From an uncultured Pseudomonadota bacterium (lineage in GTDB: Bacteria > Pseudomonadota > Gammaproteobacteria > Ga0077536), in the NCBI GenBank assembly GCA_913047675.1, contig CAJWTO010000001.1:15412-79411 (forward strand): 64,000 bases of DNA. The letters run 5' to 3'. Position 1 is the stretch's first letter. Each line of letters starts with the position of its first letter. This document shows positions 49,261 to 58,489 of this stretch, in pieces. Below the pieces are notes generated by a model that worked only from the letters and a program-made list of their open reading frames with translations, did no database searches and was not told the DNA's origin. The position numbers and the translations under genes were made by a program.

Positions 49261-50157
49261 TCAGCCCAATGCAGGAGCCAATGCTTCATAGGTCTCCCAA
49301 CTCCAGTTTAACGACATGGCACTTTCGCCATCATAATCTTCATCCTTGTTGCATGGATAAATAACAAGATCAGTCGCGCCAACATCTACATACTTCTGCA
49401 ATTTCTCTTTAATCATATCAGCGTCGCCCCATGCACATATGGCATCAACTAGTCGATCACTGCCGCCATCGTTCCAATCACTCTCATCGAACCCCAGAGC
49501 CTTCCAAATCTTTTGATAGGGAGGCTGCGACATATACCAACCACACGCTTTTCGTGCCAAGTCTCTCGCCGCAACTGGATCGGTATCCAAAACAACTCTG
49601 ACAACTACTACTAACTTTTTATCATTCCCCATAATCGCTTTCGCTTGCTTTGTAGTCTCCACGGTCTGCAAAAATAGAAATAAACCATCGGCCTTCTTTG
49701 CGGCTACTTTTTGGAGTCCCGGTCCGTGTCCCGCCACAATAACGGGGGCTTTAACGTCAGCTAGCGGGCTAACGATAGGAGCCACTTTCAACCTATCAAG
49801 ATACGCATTCATTTTGGGAACTGGCATCACCCATTCGTGCCCCCGAGGCTCAACGAGTATCGGGTGCGATACACCTAAGCCAAGGCTGAAGCGACCATTT
49901 GAAAACTCACTTAAAGTATTAGCGGCTTGCGCTGAAGAATCAGCATCATGCGCAAAAACGTTGGCAATTCCAGAAGAGATCTTGATAGTCTCTGTATGCG
50001 CCAATAGATATCCAGCAGTAGCATAGGGCTCTCTGCCGAAAATCTCAGGCATCCATAACTCCTCATACCCCAATTTTTCTAACTTTTTTACGTTCTCAAC
50101 CAGTTCAGGGCCTCGCGTACCTTCGGTCCACTGTATAACACCTAAATTCATACCCAT
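49261..50157 (-). CDS. Luciferase-like (LLM class) flavin/F420-dependent oxidoreductase
   Basis: 298 aa with an LLM TIM-barrel pattern (LEKLGYEELWMPE..., GRFSLGLGVSH). Confidence 0.75.
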   Translation of the reverse strand: MGMNLGVIQWTEGTRGPELVENVKKLEKLGYEELWMPEIFGREPYATAGYLLAHTETIKISSGIANVFAHDADSSAQAANTLSEFSNGRFSLGLGVSHPILVEPRGHEWVMPVPKMNAYLDRLKVAPIVSPLADVKAPVIVAGHGPGLQKVAAKKADGLFLFLQTVETTKQAKAIMGNDKKLVVVVRVVLDTDPVAARDLARKACGWYMSQPPYQKIWKALGFDESDWNDGGSDRLVDAICAWGDADMIKEKLQKYVDVGATDLVIYPCNKDEDYDGESAMSLNWSWETYEALAPALG

Positions 50158-50293
50158 TCTTATAAACTCCTAAATACTTTTCCTAGAGGGGATTTTATAC
50201 CAAAACATGTCACACGTATTTGGGCAAGTCTAGACATAAATTGTCAGCATGATGTGCAGCTAATATCTTTCGACTTATCATAAAAATGAATCC

Positions 50294-50728
50294 CTACCGT
50301 GGCACATTCATCCGCAGATCAGCTCTTAAGTGACTATATTTCCATTCGCCATCGATCTTGATGTAATCATCATCATACCTAAGTGCTAACCAAACTTCTT
50401 TATTATCTTCTTTATGATCCCAAGGACCCATGATGTACCAAATTCCTGTAGCAGTATTGCCGTTAACTTCGATGATGGGGTTCATCATATTATGCTGAGA
50501 AAAACTAAACATAGACTCAAAACCCCGGAACAGTTCTTCAATCTCCGCATGACCTTTAGCTACACCAAACGCTTCGCTCTCCCAAATACCATCTTCAGCG
50601 AATACGGACGCAATGTGGGCTGGGTTATGACCGTCATCACAGATATGGCTGTACCGAAATTTCAGTTGTTTTATCGCTTCAATATCCTCTAGACGAGTAA
50701 TACGCTCTTCCAATGTCATATTCGTCAT
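50294..50728 (-). CDS. SnoaL-like / NTF2-fold protein (paralogue of 37390-37863)
   Basis: 144 aa with N-terminal TLEERITRLEDIEAIKQL, then an NTF2-type core. Confidence 0.6.
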   Translation of the reverse strand: MTNMTLEERITRLEDIEAIKQLKFRYSHICDDGHNPAHIASVFAEDGIWESEAFGVAKGHAEIEELFRGFESMFSFSQHNMMNPIIEVNGNTATGIWYIMGPWDHKEDNKEVWLALRYDDDYIKIDGEWKYSHLRADLRMNVPR

Positions 50729-50894
50729 AATGTCGTTCCTCTATTTTCGTTAATCTAACTAGCTACTTTTATAGCTGCTATCGTTCGTGAGTGGCAGTAA
50801 ATACTTTAGACCCACCTGCAGAAGATTTTCAAGCACTAATCGTCGACACGTGATTTAATGGTCGTCAATTCAACACGGTAGGGGGTGGCTTCAT

Positions 50895-51914
50895 ATGCGT
50901 TTTGGAATTAGTGCCGACTTTAGAAACCCTCCAAAATGGATGAGACCGTCTAACGAGCTCTACACCGATATTCTTAAGCAAATTAAACTTGCCGAAGACC
51001 TTGGTTTTCATAATGTGTGGCTTACCGAGCATCATTTTACCGAAGATGGTTATAACCCTTCTCTACTTACAACAGCAGCAGCAATAGCAGCGCAAACTAA
51101 AAATATCCGGATAGGAACCTTCATACTGCTTCTCCCTTATCTTCATCCGGCAATGGCTAGCGAAGACATTGCAAGTGTAGACATATTATCAAATGGTCGG
51201 CTTGATCTCGGAGTCGGTCAAGGATACTCGTTTCATGAATTTGAGGCTCTAAATATCGAACGTAAGACACGCGCAAAGAGACTTTATGAAGGACTAGAAA
51301 TTTATAAAAAATTATTCACTGAAGAGGCCGTTACGTACAACGGTGAGTTTACAAAAATCAAAAATATGAGGCTATCCCCAAAATCCATCCAAAAGCCATA
51401 TCCGCCAATCTGGATCGGTGCTCGTGGTCCTAAGGGCATCAAGCGGGCCGCTCACAATGGATATCACTTGATGGCTACTTTCGGACCCGATCCTGCACCA
51501 CTTTATATAGAAACTCTGAAACTGAAAGGAAAAAATCCGAATGATTTTAAAATTGCACAGCTTCGTATGTGCTATATCGGCGATACCGAAGACCAAGCGT
51601 GGGACGATTGCCAGGATCACCTCTTTCACACTCTCGATTTTTATCGTGATATCGTAGAAAATGCGAATGATGCGGAAGGAGACTCATCCTTTTTCCCGAT
51701 CAAGAAGCCTAGCGACATAAGGCATTCGGTACTACGGGACCATTTGATGGTTGGTACGTTGGACCAGGTAATCGAAAAGATGCACGCATTTACAAACGAT
51801 TATAGTTGTACCGATTTAGTGGTATATATGCAGTTTCCTGGTATGGATGTTAGTAAAGTGAATCGCTCAATGGAAATTTTTGCAAAAAGAGTCATCCCTT
51901 TATTTTCAAGCTAA
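50895..51914 (+). CDS. Luciferase-like (LLM class) flavin-dependent monooxygenase
   Basis: 339 aa with LAEDLGFHNVWLTEHHF and GRLDLGVGQGY, typical of LLM enzymes. Confidence 0.8.
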   Translation: MRFGISADFRNPPKWMRPSNELYTDILKQIKLAEDLGFHNVWLTEHHFTEDGYNPSLLTTAAAIAAQTKNIRIGTFILLLPYLHPAMASEDIASVDILSNGRLDLGVGQGYSFHEFEALNIERKTRAKRLYEGLEIYKKLFTEEAVTYNGEFTKIKNMRLSPKSIQKPYPPIWIGARGPKGIKRAAHNGYHLMATFGPDPAPLYIETLKLKGKNPNDFKIAQLRMCYIGDTEDQAWDDCQDHLFHTLDFYRDIVENANDAEGDSSFFPIKKPSDIRHSVLRDHLMVGTLDQVIEKMHAFTNDYSCTDLVVYMQFPGMDVSKVNRSMEIFAKRVIPLFSS

Positions 51915-51967
51915 GAAAATTTTACATAAGAAAAGTCAGAACATAGACCGTAAGACAGGAGAGAAAA

Positions 51968-53407
51968 ATGATTTTTAATGAATATGGACAATATGATGGC
52001 CTAGGTTTAGCCGAGTTGGTAAGACGCAAAGAGATCTCTCCGACCGCTTTAATCGACACCGCGATCGACGCTATATCTCGGCTCAACCCAAAGCTAAACT
52101 GCGTCGTTCAAACTTTGCGCAAACAGGCGATCTCTGACCTGAAAGTGGCTCCGATGTCGTCACCCTTTTATGGAGTGCCGTTTCTTGTGAAAGAGTTTGG
52201 TATGCATTTTAAAGGCATGCAAACATCCGCAGGTTCTAGACTCGCCTCCGGTGTGAAATTTCAATCCGATACCGAATTAATGACCCGTTGCCGCAACGCG
52301 GGTCTACTTACTGTAGGCACGACAACTACCCCAGAAATGGCGTTCAACGCCAACTCCGAGGCGCTTGTCTATGGTTCAACTTGTAATCCTTGGAATTTAA
52401 AGTATTCAGTAGGTGGTTCGTCTGGTGGAGCCGGAGCCGCGGTGGCCTCGGGAATCGTTCCCATAGCGCATGCTAATGATGGAGGAGGCTCGATAAGAAT
52501 ACCCGCCGCTTGTAACGGGCTAGTTGGAATGAAACCTACTCGTGGACGAACGCCGACAGGTCCTGATAGTGGAATTTTTCTTTGGGGGTTAGCAGTAGAA
52601 TTTGCGCTAACACGAAGCGTACGAGACTCGGCCGCCCTATTGGATGCAGTCTCAGGCCCTGATGAAGGATATTTTTATACGGCGGAAGCTCCTACAGGTA
52701 GTTTTCTATCAGCCACAATGTCAGATCCAGGAAGCTTGCGAGTAGGGGTTATCGAACAATTACCTGGATGCGCAAAACCAAAAAAAGAAAGCCTCAATAA
52801 GCTAAATGAAACACGTGTCTTACTAGAAGGGCTCGGACATACATGTGAAACTGTAAAACTCCATTATAGTGCCGAAGAGTTTAATGAATCGACCATTCGG
52901 TTGTGGGCAACGACTCTAGGGTTTTATATGGAGCAATTTTCTAAAATGACGGGTAGAAAGATTAGTTCAAAAACCGTCGAGGCGGTGAGCCTAGATACAT
53001 ATCGCTACGCTAAAAAACTTAATGCTATGGAATTAGAATGGGCGATGAGTGCGCAAAACGCTGTATCGAGATCTGTTGGTAAAACAATGCGAGACTACGA
53101 TGTATTGCTCTCGCCAGTGCTTGCGCGCGACGTTGCCAAGCTAGGAGAACTTAATCAGAATGCAAGAGGGGTGGACTTAAAGTCATGGTGGAAGCAACTC
53201 ATGCATGATTATTGTATTTACACGCCTCTATTTAATACGACGGGGCAACCTGCCATCACTCTGCCATTATGGCAATCGAAAAGTGGGTTGCCTCTTTCCA
53301 TGCAATTCGTTGGTCGTCTAGGCGGAGAAGAAACTCTCTATAGTCTCGCCAATCAGCTTGAAGTCGCACTTCCTTGGGCAAACCGAAAACCCTCTAACTA
53401 CGCATAG
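51968..53407 (+). CDS. Amidase (amidase-signature family)
   Basis: 479 aa with the AS signature GGSSGGAGAAVASG...GGSIRIPAA. Confidence 0.9.
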   Translation: MIFNEYGQYDGLGLAELVRRKEISPTALIDTAIDAISRLNPKLNCVVQTLRKQAISDLKVAPMSSPFYGVPFLVKEFGMHFKGMQTSAGSRLASGVKFQSDTELMTRCRNAGLLTVGTTTTPEMAFNANSEALVYGSTCNPWNLKYSVGGSSGGAGAAVASGIVPIAHANDGGGSIRIPAACNGLVGMKPTRGRTPTGPDSGIFLWGLAVEFALTRSVRDSAALLDAVSGPDEGYFYTAEAPTGSFLSATMSDPGSLRVGVIEQLPGCAKPKKESLNKLNETRVLLEGLGHTCETVKLHYSAEEFNESTIRLWATTLGFYMEQFSKMTGRKISSKTVEAVSLDTYRYAKKLNAMELEWAMSAQNAVSRSVGKTMRDYDVLLSPVLARDVAKLGELNQNARGVDLKSWWKQLMHDYCIYTPLFNTTGQPAITLPLWQSKSGLPLSMQFVGRLGGEETLYSLANQLEVALPWANRKPSNYA

Positions 53408-53454
53408 CACTAGGAGACTTTTACTCATGCCTCTAAGCAGTCAGGGTACTTACC

Positions 53455-54201
53455 GTGCCTACTAATAGGACCATAAAAATGGTCGGGGCTCTCAACCTTC
53501 GAGATTTAGGAGGAATATGTGCGAGCAAAAAGAAATTAGTACGCAAGGGGGTCCTGTTCCGCTCTGATGGATTATCGCGTTTAACTGAAAATGACCTGAA
53601 GTTATTCGAAAAGCTTAAAATAAACTCAGTTATTGATCTCAGGCATGCTGAAGAAATAGCTAAGGCTCCCGACAAACTGCCGCAGAACATGCCCATTAAT
53701 CAATTTACCTGTGGGTTTTACGCGGAAGGCACAAAAGAACTTTTTCAGTCCGTCAATTCTGGTCTTACAAACGCAAATGAGTCACGAGCATTAATGCGAG
53801 AGGTATATGCGAAAATGCCTATTGCACATACCAAGGAAATCCAACAAATTATCAAACATGTGCTCAACCAGAGTAGCCTCCCATGTCTCATTCACTGTAT
53901 GAGCGGAAAGGACCGAACAGGGCTTGTTATTGCAATAATACTCAAAGCTATCGGTGTCCCTATGAACATAATAATGGAAGACTATGAGATGAGTAATGGT
54001 GACTATCAGCAAGTGGATGTGTTCGGACCAAAAGCCCTCCCAGAGAGTGTTTCAGTAGTGATGGCCGCTGATGCGACTTACTTAGAGGCAAGCTTCAATG
54101 CGATCAAAGAGGTCTATACTACGTTTGACAATTATTTAGCGACCGGCCTTGTACTGTACCAGACCGATATTGAAAAGCTAAAAAGCTTACTGACAAATTA
54201 G
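53455..54201 (+). CDS. Protein-tyrosine/dual-specificity phosphatase family protein
   Basis: 248 aa with the CX5R P-loop HCMSGKDRTG and N-terminal NLRDLGG. The start is ambiguous (GTG at 53455 or ATG at 53479). Confidence 0.75.
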   Translation: MPTNRTIKMVGALNLRDLGGICASKKKLVRKGVLFRSDGLSRLTENDLKLFEKLKINSVIDLRHAEEIAKAPDKLPQNMPINQFTCGFYAEGTKELFQSVNSGLTNANESRALMREVYAKMPIAHTKEIQQIIKHVLNQSSLPCLIHCMSGKDRTGLVIAIILKAIGVPMNIIMEDYEMSNGDYQQVDVFGPKALPESVSVVMAADATYLEASFNAIKEVYTTFDNYLATGLVLYQTDIEKLKSLLTN

Positions 54202-54227
54202 TCACCCCAGCGTTCAATTACAGTTTT

Positions 54228-55688
54228 CTACTCGAGCATTAAAGTTTCTTTCACTTTGCGCCTCAAAATCTTATTTGCGGCACTCTTCGGGAGCTCATCC
54301 CAGATAGAAATTGTTTTCGGCCTTTTATAGTTAGCTAGGTGTTCCTTCGCGTACAGTTTAAGTTGTTCAATATCAAACTGATCAGGGTCACGAACTGCTA
54401 TAACTGCCTGAATTTGATCGCCCCACTTCTCATCAGGCAGGCCCACTACTGCCACCTCAATGATTCCTGCATAAGACATTAAGACATCTTCGACCTCGCG
54501 AGGATAGACGTTATAACCACCAGAAATCAGCATGTCGTTTTTGCGATCGACTAAGTAATAGAAGCCTTCAGAATCTCGGTAACCTAGATCACCAGTATGT
54601 AGCCAACCATTTCTGAAAACTTTTTCGGTTGCCTCAGGGCGATTCCAATAATAAGCCATCGTTTGAGGACCCCTGCAAACTATTTCCCCTACTTCATCAG
54701 GGCCAAGCCGATTATCTTTTTCGTCGAATACCGCACAATCAACAAATGAAAACGGTTTGCCGCAGGAACCCGTCCGATCATGGTCTTCAGGGGACAGACA
54801 CGTGATGACCATAGGGCTCTCGGCTTGCCCGTAGCACTGCGCAAAGATCCGTCCGAACCGATCCTCAGCTCTTTGCAGCAAGCTCGGAGCAATCGGGGAG
54901 GCTCCATAGGTGATCTTTTTGAATCCAGTCATTGCAGTATTTATGTTTGGTTCCTCTAAAATCATCGCCAACATTGTCGGGACAAGAAAGGTATGGGTAG
55001 CTTTACTTTCCTCAGCCAGAGCCAAAAATTCTCCTGGATGAAATTTCTTCATGACTACCGAGTGGACTCCCCTAACAAGTGCTGGAAGAAAAAATGCGCC
55101 AGACGCATGGGCGATGGGAGCGGCGTGTAAGAATGACGCTCCAACCTCAAGCTCGGGAACCAAGTCCATTAAAAAAGCCGACATTTCGGCTAATTCGCCA
55201 CGTGTTGTTAGTGTGACAGCCTTTGCCTGCCCCGTTGTTCCACCCGTATAACCTAATCTCAAGGGAGCGTCTAAGTCTCTATCAACGGCGCACTCGACGT
55301 CATTAGTAGAACAAAGAAGCTCACCAAACGCCTTCTGATTTACATTTATTTCCACAGGAAAATCTTTTTGCTCTCCATGGATCACTGCGCGTGCCCCACT
55401 ATCCTCGAGCTTGTACAAATGGTTGGCCTGTGTCTCCCGAGTATTCATCCCCACGCGCACTAGCCCAGCCTTAGCCAACGCATAATATGCGACCAAGCAA
55501 TCAATACTGTTTGGTAGTAAAACTCCGACTCTATCGCCGGGGATCAAACCAACATCTAATAATCCATTCCCCACTATGTTAGTGAGTCGATCAAACTCTT
55601 GGAATGAGACCTGCCTCGAGCCTTCGGTTAAGCAAATGTTGTCTTGGAAGTAAGTAGCAGCCCGGCTTATCAAGGAGCTAATTTGCAT
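54228..55688 (-). CDS. AMP-dependent acyl-CoA synthetase/ligase (class I adenylate-forming)
   Basis: 486 aa with the AMP-binding motif LGYTGGTTGQAKAV. Also YGQAESP and GWLHTGDLGY...DRKND. Confidence 0.85.
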   Translation of the reverse strand: MQISSLISRAATYFQDNICLTEGSRQVSFQEFDRLTNIVGNGLLDVGLIPGDRVGVLLPNSIDCLVAYYALAKAGLVRVGMNTRETQANHLYKLEDSGARAVIHGEQKDFPVEINVNQKAFGELLCSTNDVECAVDRDLDAPLRLGYTGGTTGQAKAVTLTTRGELAEMSAFLMDLVPELEVGASFLHAAPIAHASGAFFLPALVRGVHSVVMKKFHPGEFLALAEESKATHTFLVPTMLAMILEEPNINTAMTGFKKITYGASPIAPSLLQRAEDRFGRIFAQCYGQAESPMVITCLSPEDHDRTGSCGKPFSFVDCAVFDEKDNRLGPDEVGEIVCRGPQTMAYYWNRPEATEKVFRNGWLHTGDLGYRDSEGFYYLVDRKNDMLISGGYNVYPREVEDVLMSYAGIIEVAVVGLPDEKWGDQIQAVIAVRDPDQFDIEQLKLYAKEHLANYKRPKTISIWDELPKSAANKILRRKVKETLMLE

Positions 55689-55834
55689 AGTGGGTATACC
55701 TTCGAAAAAATTTTCACTGTTTTTAAATAATTGTTTTCCCCGATTTTAACCTAAATATGATATTAGCTAGAAGCGCCCGTTATACAAAAATTTTTAATTG
55801 GATTATTTTTTGGTTGCAGGCGTGATGAAATGCT

Positions 55835-56836
55835 ATGCTTCTTACTGATGAAAATTTAGTTATCCCATTGACCCAGTCAAATATGCACACCCTGCTATGC
55901 TCCTACCTCTCTGGAAGTGAAAATTCTTGCAGCATTGGTGGTATGGGAGCGCTTGCGGAGTTTCATACCACCCATCCAACCGAACTACAATCGCATGACA
56001 ATTACTTTTGTGCTAACTCGGAACTAGGATGCATTTCGATAAAAATCCAGAGCGATCAGGAAGTCCTAGCCTACGAAACTTTAGGCAAGCATGAAGATTC
56101 TTGGCGATGGGGGCTTATATTTTCTATTCCTAAAGAATCATGCAGCCTCCCAAACTATACCGTTCTGCGAGAAATAGGCAAAGATAGTAACGCGAATAAC
56201 CCTGCCCATCGAAACGACTTATTATTCGATATTGGTACTGGTATCCCACATGTACAATTTTGTATTCGGACAAATGAGAATGAATTAATATCTCTCTTAC
56301 AGCGGCACGAAGGTACTGCTATAGCAACATCGGGAAGCCCAGTTTTAGATATCGTTGCCAAAGCAAGTCCTCACAGGGTAGTGCAGTCTCAAACAGCGCG
56401 TATAGAGGTTTACCAAAAAATAGACCTTTACAAAACCCCCATGGGACCGCACACGCACCTTTTACCGAAGCTTCTAAGAGGCAAAAGATCGCATACAAGC
56501 AATGTTCCTTTGCCATTAACTCAAGCGCCCCAGCTGACTATCTATCCTGCAAATCCACTATTCGATAGGTACGGACACAGACGGAAATTTAATAAGGCAG
56601 CTTACGACAGATTTTTGCCATCGCTTATAGCCTACAGTGCGCCGGAATTTTATGCAGAAAAAATAAGGCTACGTACCGCGCTGTTAAATCATGTCAGCCC
56701 TGAAGACTACCCCCCGCCCAACTCACGCCTCACACGAACCGCACATGAGATAGAACTGAGACAGCAGACTCACCTGAGCTCAGAAAAAAAGTATATCAAT
56801 CAGTGGCGAAAAAAGAAAAGGAACCACCATGCCTGA
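55835..56836 (+). CDS. Hypothetical protein, translationally coupled to yhhQ
   Basis: 333 aa with no motif I can place. It contains a GPHTHLLP stretch and a very basic C-terminus. Its stop (56834-56836) lies inside CATGCCTGA, which contains the yhhQ ATG. Confidence 0.55.
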   Translation: MLLTDENLVIPLTQSNMHTLLCSYLSGSENSCSIGGMGALAEFHTTHPTELQSHDNYFCANSELGCISIKIQSDQEVLAYETLGKHEDSWRWGLIFSIPKESCSLPNYTVLREIGKDSNANNPAHRNDLLFDIGTGIPHVQFCIRTNENELISLLQRHEGTAIATSGSPVLDIVAKASPHRVVQSQTARIEVYQKIDLYKTPMGPHTHLLPKLLRGKRSHTSNVPLPLTQAPQLTIYPANPLFDRYGHRRKFNKAAYDRFLPSLIAYSAPEFYAEKIRLRTALLNHVSPEDYPPPNSRLTRTAHEIELRQQTHLSSEKKYINQWRKKKRNHHA

Positions 56837-57554
56837 CAAAAACTATAAATTTTTCTCGTTTATCATGGCAGCTTTTGTAACAGTGATATTGTGCTCTAAT
56901 CTAATCGGGCCGGCAAAAATCTGTCAGGTAGAACTGCCCTTTGCATTGCCAATTATCGGAAGTCTACTAGTTTTTGGCGCGGGAAATCTCTTTTTTCCTA
57001 TCAGTTATATTTTCGGGGATATTCTAACTGAAGTTTACGGATATGCGCGGGCTCGAAAAGTCATATGGGCCGGTTTTGGTGCGATGATATTTGCGACTTT
57101 TATGTCTCAAATCGTGATACATATGCCCGTTCACGAGCCCGAGCCATTTAACGCCGTACTACAACCGGCGCTAGAAATAGTTTTCGGTTCTACTGGAAGA
57201 ATAGTCATAGCCTCTATTGTTGCTTTCTGGGCAGGTGATTTTGTTAATGCATACGTACTAGCAAAAATGAAGATCCTCACTTCCGGTCGGCACTTATGGG
57301 CTCGCACGATAGGATCCACTATGGTCGGACAGTCCGTGGACAGTCTAATTTTTTACCCTGTTGCATTTTACGGCATCTGGAGCAACGAAGGATTGATCGC
57401 AGTCGTACTATTCAATTTCGCATTCAAGGTGTCTATTGAAATAATCATGACTCCTGCAACATATAAAGCAGTTTCGACGCTTAAAAAATTAGAAGATGAA
57501 GACTACTACGACGTCTCCACAAACTTCTCACCATTCAAGCTAGACAACAAGTAA
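56829..57554 (+). CDS. yhhQ: Queuosine-precursor (preQ0/preQ1) transporter, YhhQ/COG1738 family
   Basis: 241 aa with about 6 TM helices and characteristic stretches FPISYIFGDILTEVYGYARARKVIWAGF and GQSVDSLIFYPVAF. Confidence 0.8.
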   Translation: MPDKNYKFFSFIMAAFVTVILCSNLIGPAKICQVELPFALPIIGSLLVFGAGNLFFPISYIFGDILTEVYGYARARKVIWAGFGAMIFATFMSQIVIHMPVHEPEPFNAVLQPALEIVFGSTGRIVIASIVAFWAGDFVNAYVLAKMKILTSGRHLWARTIGSTMVGQSVDSLIFYPVAFYGIWSNEGLIAVVLFNFAFKVSIEIIMTPATYKAVSTLKKLEDEDYYDVSTNFSPFKLDNK

Positions 57555-57575
57555 ACGAACGCAAGTTAGCTTCGC

Positions 57576-58460
57576 TCATGACAAAACCTCGTCGCTAAGC
57601 CAATTAGAAAATTCCCCCCTTAACTCCTCACTTTTCATCGCGTAGGCTACATTTGCCTGCAAGTACCCCAACTTCGACCCACAGTCATATCTAATCCCAT
57701 CAAATCTATACGCATCAATTCGCTCTTTCGCTAATATATTTGATATGGCATCAGTTATTTGGATCTCCCCACCAACACCGAGTTTTGTATCTTCGATAAT
57801 GGACATGATGCTAGTTGGTAGGATGTAGCGACCGACAACGCCCAGACGACTTGGGGCGCTTTCTGGGGAAGGTTTCTCGACTATCGTCATTATTTTACTC
57901 ACTTTTGCGGAAGAATCTTCAGTGCTCACGATACCGTATTTTTTAGTTTCAGATTCGGCTACTTCCTCGACACCAATTGCACCGCATTTATTTTTTTTAT
58001 AAAGCTCCATCATCTGTGTCATACATCCACTATCCGAGCCACCATCAATCAGATCGTCTGGAAGTAATACCGCAAAGTGTTGCTCTTTGATGAATGGTCG
58101 CGCCAGCCATACAGCATGACCTAGCCCAAGAGCTTCAGGCTGCTCGATATACCGGCAAGTTACCGAAGGAGCAATAGTTCTAGTCAGTGCGTCGACTTCC
58201 TGCTCTGTTTTCGTTTTAGCTAACCTCGCTCGCAAACCAGGGGCATCGGAAAAATGTTGAGCGATACTCTTTTCTTCTTTACGAACAATAAAAATAATTT
58301 GCTCGAAGCCTGCATCAGCAGCCTCTTCGGCGGCATACTGGATTAAAGGTTTATCCACAATCGGAAGTAACTCTTTACGACATGCCTTTGTCGCTGGGAG
58401 AAACCTTGTTCCGAGACCTGCCGCAGGAAAAATAATTGTTTTTAAAGATAGCTCTGACAA
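57576..58460 (-). CDS. galU: UTP--glucose-1-phosphate uridylyltransferase
   Basis: 294 aa with PAAGLGTRFLPATKA...KELLPIVDKPLIQY and VEKP. Confidence 0.93.
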   Translation of the reverse strand: MSELSLKTIIFPAAGLGTRFLPATKACRKELLPIVDKPLIQYAAEEAADAGFEQIIFIVRKEEKSIAQHFSDAPGLRARLAKTKTEQEVDALTRTIAPSVTCRYIEQPEALGLGHAVWLARPFIKEQHFAVLLPDDLIDGGSDSGCMTQMMELYKKNKCGAIGVEEVAESETKKYGIVSTEDSSAKVSKIMTIVEKPSPESAPSRLGVVGRYILPTSIMSIIEDTKLGVGGEIQITDAISNILAKERIDAYRFDGIRYDCGSKLGYLQANVAYAMKSEELRGEFSNWLSDEVLS

Positions 58461-58489
58461 AGTAAATTCCTCTTAGCTTTTGGTTAGAA

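Noticed and set aside
55689-55834. Looked for a preQ1 riboswitch upstream of the unknown-ORF/yhhQ pair, since yhhQ genes are often preQ1-regulated.
   Set aside because: I found no short hairpin followed by the A-rich ...AAAAAACUA... tail characteristic of preQ1-I, and no other recognisable fold by eye. A covariance-model scan would be needed for certainty.
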